Origin: an uncultured Gemmatimonadaceae bacterium
Lineage (GTDB): Bacteria; Gemmatimonadota; Gemmatimonadetes; Gemmatimonadales; Gemmatimonadaceae
DNA length: 64,000 bases
Direction: 5' to 3'
Assembly (NCBI GenBank): GCA_963751275.1
Contig: CAVVTZ010000007.1
Span: forward strand, 96,001 to 160,000
This document shows, one piece after another, positions 38,967 to 49,461 of this stretch. The notes under the pieces are model-generated. The model saw only the letters and a program-made list of their open reading frames with translations. It searched no databases and was not told the origin of the DNA. The stretch's first letter is position 1; each line of letters opens with the position of its first letter. A program made the translations under genes and the position numbers.

Positions 38967-39575
38967 ATGCTTGGCTATTCTGATGCGATCAATCACGCGT
39001 TCGCCTTCGCGACGAAGCACCACGACCAGGAGACGCGGAAGGGCACACGCCTTCCATACCTGATAGCCGCGCCCAACGTCGCCGTGATCCTCGCGCGATA
39101 TGGGCAGGACGAGGAGACGATCGTTTCAGCGATCGTGCTCGATGCCGTCGAAGACTTCGTGCGTGACGGATACACTCCCGACATGTTGCGCAGCCGGATC
39201 GCGGAGAAGTTCGGACCGGGAGTCCAGGCCACGGCGCTCAGCATCATCGAGCGGCGCACGGATGACGATGGGGTGGAGCTTTCGCCGCCGGAGCGGAAGG
39301 AGGATCAACTCAGACGCTTGGCCTCGGCGTCACCGCGCGCGCATTGGGTCGTGGCCGCGGTGAGCGTGCATCTGGCGAGCACGCTGCTCGCGAATCTCCG
39401 GCGCACGGAATTCCCGGAATCGGTGTGGGGCCGCTTCGCCGCGGGACGCGCCGGCACGATCAACTGGTATGCGGAGGTCGCGCGCCGCCTTCGCGCGGCC
39501 GGCTTTGCCACTCCGATCATGTCGGAACTCGATGCCGTGGTGCGCGAACTCGAAAGCTACCGCGCGAAGGACTGA
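38967..39575 (+). CDS. HD-domain (SpoT/Mesh1-like) protein with degenerate active site
   Basis: AFAFATKHHDQETRKG..PY; VLDAVED in place of LHDxxED. Confidence 0.8.
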   Translation: MLGYSDAINHAFAFATKHHDQETRKGTRLPYLIAAPNVAVILARYGQDEETIVSAIVLDAVEDFVRDGYTPDMLRSRIAEKFGPGVQATALSIIERRTDDDGVELSPPERKEDQLRRLASASPRAHWVVAAVSVHLASTLLANLRRTEFPESVWGRFAAGRAGTINWYAEVARRLRAAGFATPIMSELDAVVRELESYRAKD

Positions 39576-39583
39576 CCCGCCCG

Positions 39584-40807
39584 CTACCGGCCGCGCGCCG
39601 GATACGCGCGCGCGACGTAGCGCTCGAGGATCTCCAGGAATTCCGGCACGATCGTCTCGCCCTTGAGCGTGATGTGGAGCTGGCCGTCCACGTACACGGG
39701 TGCGCGCGGATCCTCGGCGGTGCCGGGCAGCGAGATGCCGATGTTCGCGTGCTTCGACTCGCCGGGTCCGTTCACGACGCACCCCATCACCGCGACGCGC
39801 ATCTCTTCGACGCCGGGATGCCGCTCGCGCCAGACGGGCATCTGATCGCGCAGATACCCTTGGATGTCTTCCGCCATCTGCTGGAAGAACGTCGAGGTCG
39901 TGCGTCCGCAGCCGGGGCACGCGGTGACCTGCGGCGCGAAGCTGCGCAGTCCGAGTGATTGCAGGATCTGCTGCGCGACGCGCACCTCTTCCGTGCGGTC
40001 GCCGCCCGGCCGGGGCGTGAGCGAGACGCGAATCGTGTCGCCGATCCCCTCGCCGAGGAGGATCGAGAGACCGGCCGTGCTCGCAACGACGCCCTTGGTG
40101 CCGAGTCCGGCCTCGGTGAGGCCGAGGTGGAGGGGATAATCGCTGCGCTTGGCGAGCCGGCGGTAGACATCCACCAGATCCTGCACACCGGAGACCTTCG
40201 CGGAGAGGATGATGCGATCGTGCCCGAGCCCGGTCTCCTCAGCGAGCTGCGCCGAACGCAGCGCGCTCTCGAGCATCGCCTCGACGTAGACCTCGCGTGC
40301 GTCGAGCGGCTCGGAGCGGCGCGCGTTCGCGTCCATCATCTGCGTCAGGAGATCCTGGTCGAGCGAACCCCAGTTCACGCCGATGCGCACCGGCTTGTCG
40401 TGTTCGATCGCGATGCGGATGATCGTCCGGAAATTGTCATCGCGCCGCTTGCCTCCGACATTGCCGGGGTTGATGCGGTACTTGGCGAGCGCGCTCGCGC
40501 ATGCGGGATACTTGGCGAGCAGCAGATGCCCGTTGTAATGGAAGTCGCCGATGACCGGAACGGAGACACCGGAATCCTTGAGGCGCCGCATGACATCGGG
40601 CACGGCAGCGGCGGATTCGTCGTTGTTCACCGTAACGCGCACGAGCTCCGAGCCCGCCGCGGCGAGCGCCGCGACCTGCGCCGCGGTGGCGACGGCGTCC
40701 GCGGTGTCGGTGTTCGTCATCGACTGCACGACCACCGGGTGACCGGAGCCGACGGGAATCCCACCGACCCGGACCGTGACCGTGGCGCGGCGCTGCAAGA
40801 AGGGCAT
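39584..40807 (-). CDS. ispG: 4-hydroxy-3-methylbut-2-en-1-yl diphosphate synthase
   Basis: [47 protein letters not shown]. Confidence 0.97.
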   Translation of the reverse strand: MPFLQRRATVTVRVGGIPVGSGHPVVVQSMTNTDTADAVATAAQVAALAAAGSELVRVTVNNDESAAAVPDVMRRLKDSGVSVPVIGDFHYNGHLLLAKYPACASALAKYRINPGNVGGKRRDDNFRTIIRIAIEHDKPVRIGVNWGSLDQDLLTQMMDANARRSEPLDAREVYVEAMLESALRSAQLAEETGLGHDRIILSAKVSGVQDLVDVYRRLAKRSDYPLHLGLTEAGLGTKGVVASTAGLSILLGEGIGDTIRVSLTPRPGGDRTEEVRVAQQILQSLGLRSFAPQVTACPGCGRTTSTFFQQMAEDIQGYLRDQMPVWRERHPGVEEMRVAVMGCVVNGPGESKHANIGISLPGTAEDPRAPVYVDGQLHITLKGETIVPEFLEILERYVARAYPARGR

Positions 40808-40921
40808 GATGCGAAAGATAGGCGGCCGCCGGAGCGAGGGGGATGGCGGGCGTCTCGCGCCGGCGGCGCGGCGACGTAGATTGCAGTCGGGAAGCAGGAT
40901 CACCTGGGAGATGAACCGATC

Positions 40922-41344
40922 ATGGCAAACGATGAGGCGCCGCCCGCCGGCGAGACGAAACCGAAGAAATTGAGGTGGAAGCGGTGGCTGGCGCTGATCA
41001 TCCTGGTGCCGGCGGTGCTCTTCGCGCTCTACACCTGGAGCGCGCTCGCCTTCTCCTACTCGAGGGGCGACCGGGCGGGCTACCTCCAGAAATTCTCGGA
41101 GAAAGGATGGCTCTGTAAGACGTGGGAGGGGGAGATCGCGATGGCGAATCTGCCCGGGACCATGCCGGAAGTCTTCGATTTCACGGTCCGGAACGACTCG
41201 GTGGCCCAGATCCTGCGCGGTCTGGCCGGCCAGCGGGTGGCCATCATCTATGAGCAGCACAAGGGAGTGCCCACGAGCTGTTTCGGGGACACGGAGTACT
41301 ATGTGGTGGGGGTGAATCAGATAGCCGCCCCGGCCCAGCCATAG
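40922..41344 (+). CDS. Conserved membrane-anchored hypothetical protein
   Basis: TM then [28 protein letters not shown]. Confidence 0.75.
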   Translation: MANDEAPPAGETKPKKLRWKRWLALIILVPAVLFALYTWSALAFSYSRGDRAGYLQKFSEKGWLCKTWEGEIAMANLPGTMPEVFDFTVRNDSVAQILRGLAGQRVAIIYEQHKGVPTSCFGDTEYYVVGVNQIAAPAQP

Positions 41345-41363
41345 GCGGCCCCAAAATCCGCTA

Positions 41364-41392
41364 TTGCCCCGAACCAGGGGCAGGCCTATATT
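41364..41392 (+). promoter_or_regulatory. Putative sigma70 promoter of cold-shock gene
   Basis: TTGCCC-17 nt-TATATT. Confidence 0.6.
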
Positions 41393-41569
41393 CGGGCAGG
41401 CACCACCCGCATCTCGTTAGAGGACCCGGGCGGCTCTCTCGTCCGGGTTTTGTAGTTTCGAGGAAGCAGGTGGAGCTCGGCGCGATGGCAAATCCGCTCG
41501 CGTCAGGCATCACTTGGTCAGGGAAAGGCGCATGCCGCACCCTGAACAAACATCTTCAGGAGTATGGCA

Positions 41570-41776
41570 ATGCGTGTCACAGGCAAAGTGAAGTGGTTCA
41601 ACGACGCGAAGGGGTTCGGCTTCATCACCCCGGACAACGGTCAGAAGGACTGCTTCGTCCACTACAGCGCGATTCAGGGCAGCGGCTTCAAGACGCTGGC
41701 CGAAGGCGAGGCGGTGGAGTTCGACATCGTCGAGGGGCAGAAGGGTCCCGCGGCTGAGAACGTGACCAAGCGCTAA
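41570..41776 (+). CDS. Cold-shock protein (CspA family)
   Basis: GKVKWFN, KGFGFI (RNP1), FVHYSAI (RNP2); AGGAG 7 nt upstream. Confidence 0.96.
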   Translation: MRVTGKVKWFNDAKGFGFITPDNGQKDCFVHYSAIQGSGFKTLAEGEAVEFDIVEGQKGPAAENVTKR

Positions 41777-41792
41777 CGCGCCGACCACGGTC

Positions 41793-41835
41793 GAATGAAA
41801 AGGCGGCACTCGACAGAGTGCCGCCTTTTTCATTC
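41793..41835. terminator. Bidirectional intrinsic terminator
   Basis: AAAAGGCGGCACTC-GACA-GAGTGCCGCCTTTTT. Confidence 0.88.
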
Positions 41836-41880
41836 GTCTGGATCGACCATCGCGCCGCGTGCCCCGGCGGCCGCGAACAA

Positions 41881-43333
41881 CTAGTCGCGAGCGAGGCGGA
41901 GTTCGTTGCCGCGAGGGACCTCGACGGCCACAGCGAGGGTCGCGACGGCGGCCTCGAGCTGGCTCGACACGGCGTTCGGGCCGGTGGCGCCCTCGACCTC
42001 GCGGCGATTCACACTCGCCTGCGCGGAGAGCGCATCGAAGAGATCGGCGCCGAACGCGGCGTGCGATTGCGCGAACGTCTTCAGCGGCAGGGCGCTGAGT
42101 TCGACGCCCTGCGACTCGGCCTCGCGCACGAGGCGGCCGACCGCCGCATGGGCGTCGCGGAAGGTGACGCCCTGGGCGACGAGATAATCGGCGAGGTCGG
42201 TCGCCATCATCGTGCTCGAGAGCGACTCGCTCATCCGATCCGTGCGGAAGACGCACTCGGCGAGCGCGCCGGCGACCGCGGGGAGGACGCGCTGCATGGT
42301 GTCCACCGCATCGAACAGCGCGCGCTTGTCGTCCTGGATGTCCTTGTTGTATCCGGTGGGAAGACCCTTGAGCGTCGCGAGCAACGACGTGAGATCGCCG
42401 AGCACGCGGCCGCCGGATCCACGGGCGAGCTCGAAGCACGTCGGGGTTCCGCTTCTGCGGCATCATGCTCGAGCCGGTGGTGAAGCGCTCACCGAACTTG
42501 AGGAAACCGAACTCGGCCGTGCCGAAGAGCACCAGATCCTCGGCGAGGCGCGAAAGATGAATGCCAAGCATCGCGGCGGCGTAGAGCAGGTCGGCGACGA
42601 AATCGCGGTCGCTGACGGCGTCGATGCTGTTGGGCGACAGGCGCGCGAAGCCGAGCGTCTCCTGCAGCAGCACGCGGGAGATGGGATAGGCACAGCCCGC
42701 AATGGCGCCGGAGCCGAGCGGGAGCGCGGCGGCGGCGCGCGAGGCAGCGGCGAGGCGGCGGCGGTCGCGATCGAGCGGCCAGAAATGCGAGAGCATCCAA
42801 TGTGCGGCGGCCACCGGCTGGGCGCGCTGCAGGTGCGTGTACGACGGCATGAGGGCGCGGGCGTGGTGGAGATCGCTCGCATGTGCGACCAGGACGTGCT
42901 GCAACGTGCGGATCGCCGCGTCGAGCGTGGCGGTCGCGTCCATTGCCCAGAGGCGGGTGGCCGTGGCGACCTGATCGTTGCGGCTGCGGCCGGTATGGAG
43001 CTTGGACGCGACGTCGCCGACCTCGTCGTGGAGCAACCGGTCGATGAGCGTGTGCACGTCCTCGTCCGAGGGAACAGGCGCGGCGCCGGCGCGGAGGCGG
43101 ACGGCCACCGCATCGAGCCCGCGCTCGAGCTCGCGGCTCTCCTCGAGCGTGAGGACGCCGGCGTGCCAGAGCGCGACGGCCCAGGCCTTGGAGAGCTGGA
43201 TGTCGAACGGCCAGAGGCGGAGATCGACGTCGATGGAGCGGTTGAGCGTGTCGAGTTCGGGCGCGGAATCGCCGGTGAAGCGGCCGCCCCAGAGCTTGTG
43301 CGCCGCGGCGCCGTCCAGTTTGAGCGGCGTCAT
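41881..43333 (-). CDS. argH: Argininosuccinate lyase (frameshift near 42435)
   Basis: LWGGRF, HTGRSRNDQ, YTHLQRAQP, GSSMMPQKRNPD; then LKGLPTGYNKDIQDDK, ATDLADYL. Confidence 0.95.
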
Positions 43334-44587
43334 GCGATCGCCAGCGCCTTCGGCTCGGGTGCGGCCGCGGCGGCGTCGCGCCGCGCGGCGAGCTCCTGGT
43401 CCTTGAGCGCGCGCACGCGCGTCGAGAGACCGTAGAGGCGGATGAAGCCGGCGGCGTCGCTCTGCTCGTACACGTCATCCTCGCCGAAGGTGACGAAGCG
43501 CTCGTCGTAGAGGGCGTGCTCGCTGGCCCGGCCGGCAATGGTGACCGTGCCGCGGTTCAGGCGCAGCGTGATGGAACCCGAGACGCGCTCCTGCGTGACG
43601 CCCACGAAGGCATCGTACGCATCGCGCTCGGTGGTCCACCAGCGGCCTTCGTATACGAGGTCCGCGTAGCGGGGCGCGATGAGATCCTTCGCGGCGAGCG
43701 TGCGGCGATCGAGCACGAGCTGCTCGAGTTCGCTGTGCGCCGTGTACAGCAGCGTGCCGCCGGGCGTCTCGTAGACGCCGCGCGACTTCATGCCGACGAG
43801 GCGGTCCTCGACGAGGTCGATGCGGCCGATGCCGTGCCGCGCGCCGATGGTGTTGAGCGCGGAGAGGAGCGCGATGGGCGGGAGCGCGGCGCCGTTGACG
43901 CTGACCGGCGTGCCGGATTCGAAGCCGATGGTGACGTCCTCGGGCGCCGCCGGCGCGGAGGCGGGATCGGCGGTGAGCTCGAAGAGGTCGGCGGGCGGGA
44001 CGCTGTTCGGGTCCTCGAGGATGCCGCCCTCGTGGGACAGGTGCCAAATGTTCCGGTCGCGCGAATAGATCTTGGCGGCGGTCGCGGCGACGGGGACGTT
44101 GTGGCGGCGGGCGTAGTCGAGGGCGTCCTCGCGGCTCCGGATATCCCATTCGCGCCAGGGCGCGATGACGGGAAGATCGGGCGCGAACGCCGCATACGTG
44201 AGCTCGAAGCGCACCTGATCGTTGCCCTTGCCCGTGCAGCCGTGGGCGAGCGCATCGGCGCCGACGGCGCGCGCGACCTCGACCTGGCGGCGCGGCAATG
44301 AGCGGGCGGGCCATCGAGGTGCCGAGCAGATACTTGCGGCCGTAGATGGCGCCGGCGCGGAGCGTGGGCCAGCAGAAATTCGTGATGAATTCTTCGCGGA
44401 GGTCCTCGACGTAGCACTCGTCGGCGCCGGACGCGATCGCCTTGGCGCGGATCCCTTCGAGTTCCTCGCCCTGTCCGATGTCGGCGGCGACGCAGATGAT
44501 GCGGGCGTCATAGCGCTCGCGGAGCCAGGGGACGATGATCGAGGTGTCGAGTCCGCCGGAATAGGCGAGGGCGATGGTGCGGATCAT
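43330..44587 (-). CDS. argG: Argininosuccinate synthase (frameshift near 44293)
   Basis: [20 protein letters not shown]; then [25 protein letters not shown]. Confidence 0.95.
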
Positions 44588-44601
44588 GGGCAGGATGGCC
44601 A

Positions 44602-44640
44602 GAGGAATAAATATGCGTAACGCGTGCATATTTAGTCCGT
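44602..44640. promoter_or_regulatory. Tandem ARG boxes upstream of argGH
   Basis: GGAAT-AAAT-ATGCG and TGCAT-ATTT-AGTCC cores, 18+3+18 spacing. Confidence 0.72.
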
Positions 44641-44682
44641 TCTGGCGCCCCCGTCAAGAGGGCGGCGCGGCGCGCCGCCGGC

Positions 44683-45141
44683 TCAGGTGGCGCCGGCGAT
44701 CGAGCGGAGGCGGTGGGTGAGGCGTTCGCGCGCGGCGGCGGAGCGGCAGATGATGAGCACGGTGTCATCGCCGGCGACGGAGCCGAGGACCTCGGGCCAC
44801 TCCTCGGCGTCGAGCGCGACGCCGATCGGCTGGGCGCCGCCGGGCAGCGTGTGGAGGACGACCATCTCGCCGACGCCGCCGATCTCGGTGTACAGGTGCG
44901 GGAGGAGGGCCTCGAGCGGCGGCCGGTCGTCGGTGGTGGCGCCGGTGAGCGCATAGCGCACCGCGCCGCCGGGCGCGGGGACGCGGGCCACGCGCATCTC
45001 GCGCAGATCGCGCGAGAGCGTGGACTGCGTGACCGCCCAGCCTCGCTGCTTGAGCAGCCGGCGCAACTCCTCCTGGCTCTCCACCGCCCGCGAGCTGATG
45101 AGGTCGCGGATGCCGGCCTGCCGTTCCCGCTTGTTGGCCAT
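44683..45141 (-). CDS. argR: Arginine repressor
   Basis: RQ..I..SQEEL, VTQSTLSRDLRE, TLPGGAQ, GSVAGDDTVL. Confidence 0.95.
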   Translation of the reverse strand: MANKRERQAGIRDLISSRAVESQEELRRLLKQRGWAVTQSTLSRDLREMRVARVPAPGGAVRYALTGATTDDRPPLEALLPHLYTEIGGVGEMVVLHTLPGGAQPIGVALDAEEWPEVLGSVAGDDTVLIICRSAAARERLTHRLRSIAGAT

Positions 45142-45193
45142 GCGGAGAGCATAACCGCCGGCCGGGCGGCGGGCCAGGGCGCGGCGCGGCGTA

Positions 45194-45245
45194 TTGACAA
45201 CGGGGCGATGGGAATTTATGCATTCCCAATGCATAAAGTCCCGAT
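45194..45245 (+). promoter_or_regulatory. argC promoter (-35 TTGACA) with tandem ARG boxes overlapping the start codon
   Basis: TTGACA 45194; inverted GAATTTATGCA..TGCATAAAGTC giving boxes 45207-45224 and 45228-45245. Confidence 0.7.
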
Positions 45246-46197
45246 TGGGGTCCTCGGCGCCAGTGGATACGCCGGACGCGAGCTGCTCGCGCTCATTGGG
45301 CGTCATCCCGCGATGACGCTCGCCTTCGCCGCGGCCGGCACGCGGCGCGGCGAGCGCGCCGAGGTCGGCGACCGCGTCATCACGTTCGCGGCCACCGAGG
45401 ACGCCCCGCTCGGCGACGCCGCGCTGGTCTTCAGCGCGCTGCCGCATGGCGAGTCGGCCGTGTGGGTGGGCTCCGCGCGCGCCGCCGGCGCGAAGGTCGT
45501 GGACCTCTCGTCGGACCTGCGGCCCGGCGCCGGAATGGCCATGGCGGCGGCGGTGCCGTACGGACTCACCGAAGTCGCGCGCGACGCCGTGCGCGGCGCG
45601 GACGTCGTGGCGAATCCCGGTTGCTACGCGACGGCGGCCCTGCTCGCGCTCGCACCGCTCGCGGCCCGCGGTCTGATCGCGCCCGGCGCGACGGTCACGA
45701 TCAACGCGGCCAGCGGCGTCACCGGCGCGGGCTTCACGCCGCGGCGCGATCTGCTGTTCGCCGAGGTGGCCGAGGACTTCCGCGCGTATGCGCTGGGCAA
45801 CACGCACCGCCACGCGAGCGAGATGCGCGCCGTGCTCGCGTCGTTCGGCAGCGATGCGGACCTCGTCTTCACGCCGCACCTCCTGCCGGTGGCGCGCGGG
45901 ATCCTCGCGACGATCCTCGTGCCCGTCACCGAGATGCCGGCCAATGTGCTCGCGCCCTGGCGCGAGCAGTACGCGGGGGAGCCGTTCATCGAGATCACGG
46001 AGGAGGCGCCGTCGCTGCGCGACGTCACGCGCCGGAACGTGATGCGGTTGACCGCGCGCCCGGTGGCCGGCGTGCGCCGGCCGATGCTGCAGGTGATCGC
46101 GGCGATCGACAACCTGATGAAGGGCGCCGCGGGACAGGCGATGCAGAACGCGAACCTCGCGCTCGGGCTCGATGAGACGATGGGGCTCCCCGCATGA
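45229..46197 (+). CDS. argC: N-acetyl-gamma-glutamyl-phosphate reductase
   Basis: GASGYAG, ALPHG, ANPGCYAT, SGVTGAG, DNLMKGAAGQA. Confidence 0.96.
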   Translation: MHKVPIGVLGASGYAGRELLALIGRHPAMTLAFAAAGTRRGERAEVGDRVITFAATEDAPLGDAALVFSALPHGESAVWVGSARAAGAKVVDLSSDLRPGAGMAMAAAVPYGLTEVARDAVRGADVVANPGCYATAALLALAPLAARGLIAPGATVTINAASGVTGAGFTPRRDLLFAEVAEDFRAYALGNTHRHASEMRAVLASFGSDADLVFTPHLLPVARGILATILVPVTEMPANVLAPWREQYAGEPFIEITEEAPSLRDVTRRNVMRLTARPVAGVRRPMLQVIAAIDNLMKGAAGQAMQNANLALGLDETMGLPA

Positions 46198-46958
46198 CGC
46201 GCGTCATCAAAGTGGGCGGGCGCGCGCAGGAGGATCCGCAATTGGCGGCCGCGCTCGCGGCGGCGTGCGGCCGGGCGCCGGGCGGTGTGTGCATCGTGCA
46301 CGGCGGCGGGGCGGCGGTGAGCGCCTTGCAGCGGGCCATGGGAGCGGAGCCGGCATTCGTCGGCGGACGGCGCGTCACGACGGCGGCCGATGTCGAGCTC
46401 GTGCGCATGGCGCTCTCGGGCACGGCGAACAAACAACTGGTCGCGCGTCTGATCACCACCGGCATCGCTGCCGTGGGGATCTCGGGCGAGGACGGTGCGC
46501 TGATCGGAGCGCGCGCGGTGGCCGCGGCGATCCTCGGGCGGGTGGGCGTACCGGAGACGGTGAACGCGGCCCTCCTGCACTACCTGATGCGCGGCGGCTA
46601 CGTGCCGGTGATCTCGCCGGTGGCGCGGGACCTGGCGCACACCGACGGTGCGCCGCTCAATGTGAACGGCGATGATGCGGCGGCCATGATCGCGGCCGCG
46701 CTTGGCGCGGACGAGCTGCTCTTCGTGAGCGATGTGCCCGGTGTGATCGTGCGCGGCGAGCGCGTCGCGGAACTCGCGGCTGCCGAAGCCATGCGCGCCA
46801 TTGCCGACGGGACCGCGAACGGCGGCATGGTCGCGAAGCTCGAGGCGGCGGCGCGCGCGCTGGCGGGCGGCGTCGCGCGCGTGCGGATCGGCGGGATCGG
46901 CGCGCTGGGCGACGATGCGGCCGGCACGCTGCTCACATCGACGCTGGCGGCCGCGTGA
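46194..46958 (+). CDS. argB: Acetylglutamate kinase
   Basis: IKVGG, VHGGG, GRRVT, NVNGD, SDVPG, GGMVAKL. Confidence 0.94.
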   Translation: MTRVIKVGGRAQEDPQLAAALAAACGRAPGGVCIVHGGGAAVSALQRAMGAEPAFVGGRRVTTAADVELVRMALSGTANKQLVARLITTGIAAVGISGEDGALIGARAVAAAILGRVGVPETVNAALLHYLMRGGYVPVISPVARDLAHTDGAPLNVNGDDAAAMIAAALGADELLFVSDVPGVIVRGERVAELAAAEAMRAIADGTANGGMVAKLEAAARALAGGVARVRIGGIGALGDDAAGTLLTSTLAAA

Positions 46959-48169
46959 GCGCGCTGCCCGTGATGGAGACGATCACACCCGTCGCGGAGA
47001 CGGCGCTCCCCGGCGTCGAGCCGCTGCTCGGCATCTATCGCCGCCCGCCCGTGGAATTCGCGCGCGGCGCGGGGGTCGAGTTGTTCGACACCGATGGACG
47101 CGCCTATCTCGACTTCACGAGCGGGATCGGCGTGAACGCGCTGGGCTACGGCGACGCCGGCATCGCGGCGGCGGCGCGCGACGCGCTGGCGCAGGGGATC
47201 GTGCACGCCTCGAATCTGTTCCACACCGGACCGGCGCGCACGCTGGCGGCAACGCTGGTGGCGCAATCGTTCGCGTCGAGCGTGTTCTTCTGCAATTCAG
47301 GCGCGGAAGCGAACGAGGGCGCGTTCAAGTTCGCGCGGCGCTGGGCGCGCGAGGGTGGCGGGGAGACGAAGCACACGATCCTCGCGCTCCGGGGCGGATT
47401 CCACGGGCGACTGTTCGCGTCGCTCGCCGCGACGGACCGTCCCGAGTATCGCGCGCCGTTCACGCCACTCGCTGGCGGCGTGCGGATCCTCGAGCGCGAT
47501 CTCGCCGAGTTGGATCGGGCGCTCCAGGCCGGGGACGTCGCGGCCGTGATCGCCGAGCCGGTGCAGGGGGAGGGCGGCGTGCGCGTCCTCGAGGTGGAAT
47601 TCCTGCAGGCGCTGCGCGCGATGACGACCGCGCACGGTGCGGCGCTCATCCTCGATGAAGTGCAGTGCGGTCTCGGGCGCACAGGATGGCTCTTCGCGCA
47701 CGAACGCGCCGGCATCACGCCGGATTTGATGACGCTGGCAAAGCCGCTGGCCGGCGGGTTCCCGATGGGCGCCGTGTTGATGACGGCCGAGATCGCGGCG
47801 ACGCTGAAACCGGGCGATCACGGGACGACGTTCGGCGGCGGCCCGGTGGTGGCGGCCGTCGCGAACCATGTGCTCGAGCGGCTGAGCGATGATGCGTTGC
47901 TCGCGCGCGTGCGGTCGGACGGCGAGTGGATGGGTGAGGCGCTGCGCGCCGTGGCGGCGCGCACGGGGCGCATCCGCGCGCTGCGCGGGTTGGGGTTCAT
48001 GTGGGGGGTGGACGTGATGGAGCCGGCATCGACGATCGTGGCGCGGGCGCGGGAGAACGGATTGCTCCTGTGCAGCGCCGGTGAATACACGATCCGCCTC
48101 CTGCCGCCGCTCGTGGCGGAGCGGACCGATCTCGCGCGCGGGATCGCGCTGCTGGAGGGAGCCCTGTGA
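46955..48169 (+). CDS. argD: Acetylornithine aminotransferase
   Basis: NSGAEANE, FHGR, EPVQGEGG, DEVQCG, AKPLAGG, HGTTFGG. Confidence 0.94.
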   Translation: MSALPVMETITPVAETALPGVEPLLGIYRRPPVEFARGAGVELFDTDGRAYLDFTSGIGVNALGYGDAGIAAAARDALAQGIVHASNLFHTGPARTLAATLVAQSFASSVFFCNSGAEANEGAFKFARRWAREGGGETKHTILALRGGFHGRLFASLAATDRPEYRAPFTPLAGGVRILERDLAELDRALQAGDVAAVIAEPVQGEGGVRVLEVEFLQALRAMTTAHGAALILDEVQCGLGRTGWLFAHERAGITPDLMTLAKPLAGGFPMGAVLMTAEIAATLKPGDHGTTFGGGPVVAAVANHVLERLSDDALLARVRSDGEWMGEALRAVAARTGRIRALRGLGFMWGVDVMEPASTIVARARENGLLLCSAGEYTIRLLPPLVAERTDLARGIALLEGAL

Positions 48170-48663
48170 TGACCGGATGCGTCACGTTCCGCATGGCGGA
48201 GCCGGCTGATGTGGCGGGGATCGTCGGTCTGGTGAACTCGTTCGCGGCGGAGAAGATCATGCTGCCGCGCACGGTGGAGTCGGTGGCCATCGCCCTGCAC
48301 GACTTCGCCGTGGCGTGCGACGAGGACGGGCGCGTGCTCGCGTGCGGCGCGCTGAAGGAGTATTCGCCGTCGCTGGCGGAGGTGGCCTCGGTCGCCGTCG
48401 CGCGCGAGGCGCACGGGGCCGGGCTGGGCCGGGCGATCATCGAGCGGCTGGAAGCGCTCGCGCGCCGGCGCGGCATCGCGGAGCTGTTCGCGCTCACGCT
48501 GACGCCGAACTTCTTCGAGAAGGCCGGGTACGAGGTCATCGATCGCGCGCATTACCCCGAGAAGGTGCGGCGGGATTGCGCGGGTTGCGCGCGGCGCTTC
48601 GGTTGCGCGGAGATCTGCGTGCGGCGTCTGCTCGACGCGAGCGCGCTCGCGCTGGCCGCCTAG
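48166..48663 (+). CDS. GNAT acetyltransferase, short ArgA-like N-acetylglutamate synthase
   Basis: MLPR, AEVASVAV, GAGLGR, FALT, FF..G, PEKVRRDC..C..C; coupled to argD. Confidence 0.8.
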   Translation: MMTGCVTFRMAEPADVAGIVGLVNSFAAEKIMLPRTVESVAIALHDFAVACDEDGRVLACGALKEYSPSLAEVASVAVAREAHGAGLGRAIIERLEALARRRGIAELFALTLTPNFFEKAGYEVIDRAHYPEKVRRDCAGCARRFGCAEICVRRLLDASALALAA

Positions 48664-48774
48664 GCGTCTCTTCGGGGCGCCATCGGTGGCGTCCCACCAT
48701 TATCAGTCGTCATCCCCGTGGTGCCCGCGGCAAGTTCGTCGCGGATCCTCATTGCCTATTCGGAGGTCGTTCTC

Positions 48775-49329
48775 ATGAAACGGTTCATCCTCGGCGCCGC
48801 AGTCGCCATGGCCGCGGCCGCTCCGGCGGGCGCGCAGATCGGCTTCGGCCTCATGGGCGGCGTTTCCATTCCGCAAAGCACGCTCGCGGATTACGCGAAC
48901 TCAGGCTGGATCGGCGGCGCCACGCTCCGCTTCGGCGCGCCCGTCGTTCCGGTGCACTTCCGCATCGATGGCACGTACGCCGACATGCTCGGCAAGACGA
49001 TCACCGTGCCCGGTCCGGCGACCGTGAAGAACGACTTCGCGGTCTACAGCGCCACGGCGAACGTGCAATGGAACATGCTCGGGCCGGTGTACCTCATCGG
49101 CGGCGTCGGCTACTACGGCGTGCAACAGAAGCTCACCGTGACATCGCCGCCGGCGCCGAGCGTGACGAACACGCAATCGGGTTTCGGATACAACGCCGGC
49201 ATCGGGGTGAAGCTCGCCATGCTGTTCGTCGAGGCGCGCTGGAACGATGTGAGCAACGGACTGGTGCAGAGCGATGGGTCGAAGAAGAATCTGGAGTACA
49301 TCCCGATCACCGTGGGGATCATGTTCTAG
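48775..49329 (+). CDS. Outer-membrane beta-barrel protein
   Basis: Signal peptide, alternating beta strands, FVEARW, terminal Phe. Confidence 0.8.
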   Translation: MKRFILGAAVAMAAAAPAGAQIGFGLMGGVSIPQSTLADYANSGWIGGATLRFGAPVVPVHFRIDGTYADMLGKTITVPGPATVKNDFAVYSATANVQWNMLGPVYLIGGVGYYGVQQKLTVTSPPAPSVTNTQSGFGYNAGIGVKLAMLFVEARWNDVSNGLVQSDGSKKNLEYIPITVGIMF

Positions 49330-49356
49330 CCGCTTCGCGGCGCACTGCTGTGATCC

Positions 49357-49391
49357 GGACGGCCCCGCCACGCGGCGGGGCCGTTCCGTTT
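49357..49391 (+). terminator. Intrinsic terminator
   Basis: ACGGCCCCGCC-ACGC-GGCGGGGCCGT followed by TCCGTTT. Confidence 0.6.
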
Positions 49392-49461
49392 CCCGGGAGT
49401 CACTGGCCGTCCGGCGCGGGCGGGTGCAACATTTCCCCTGTCCCCCGATCCGGAGATCCGC

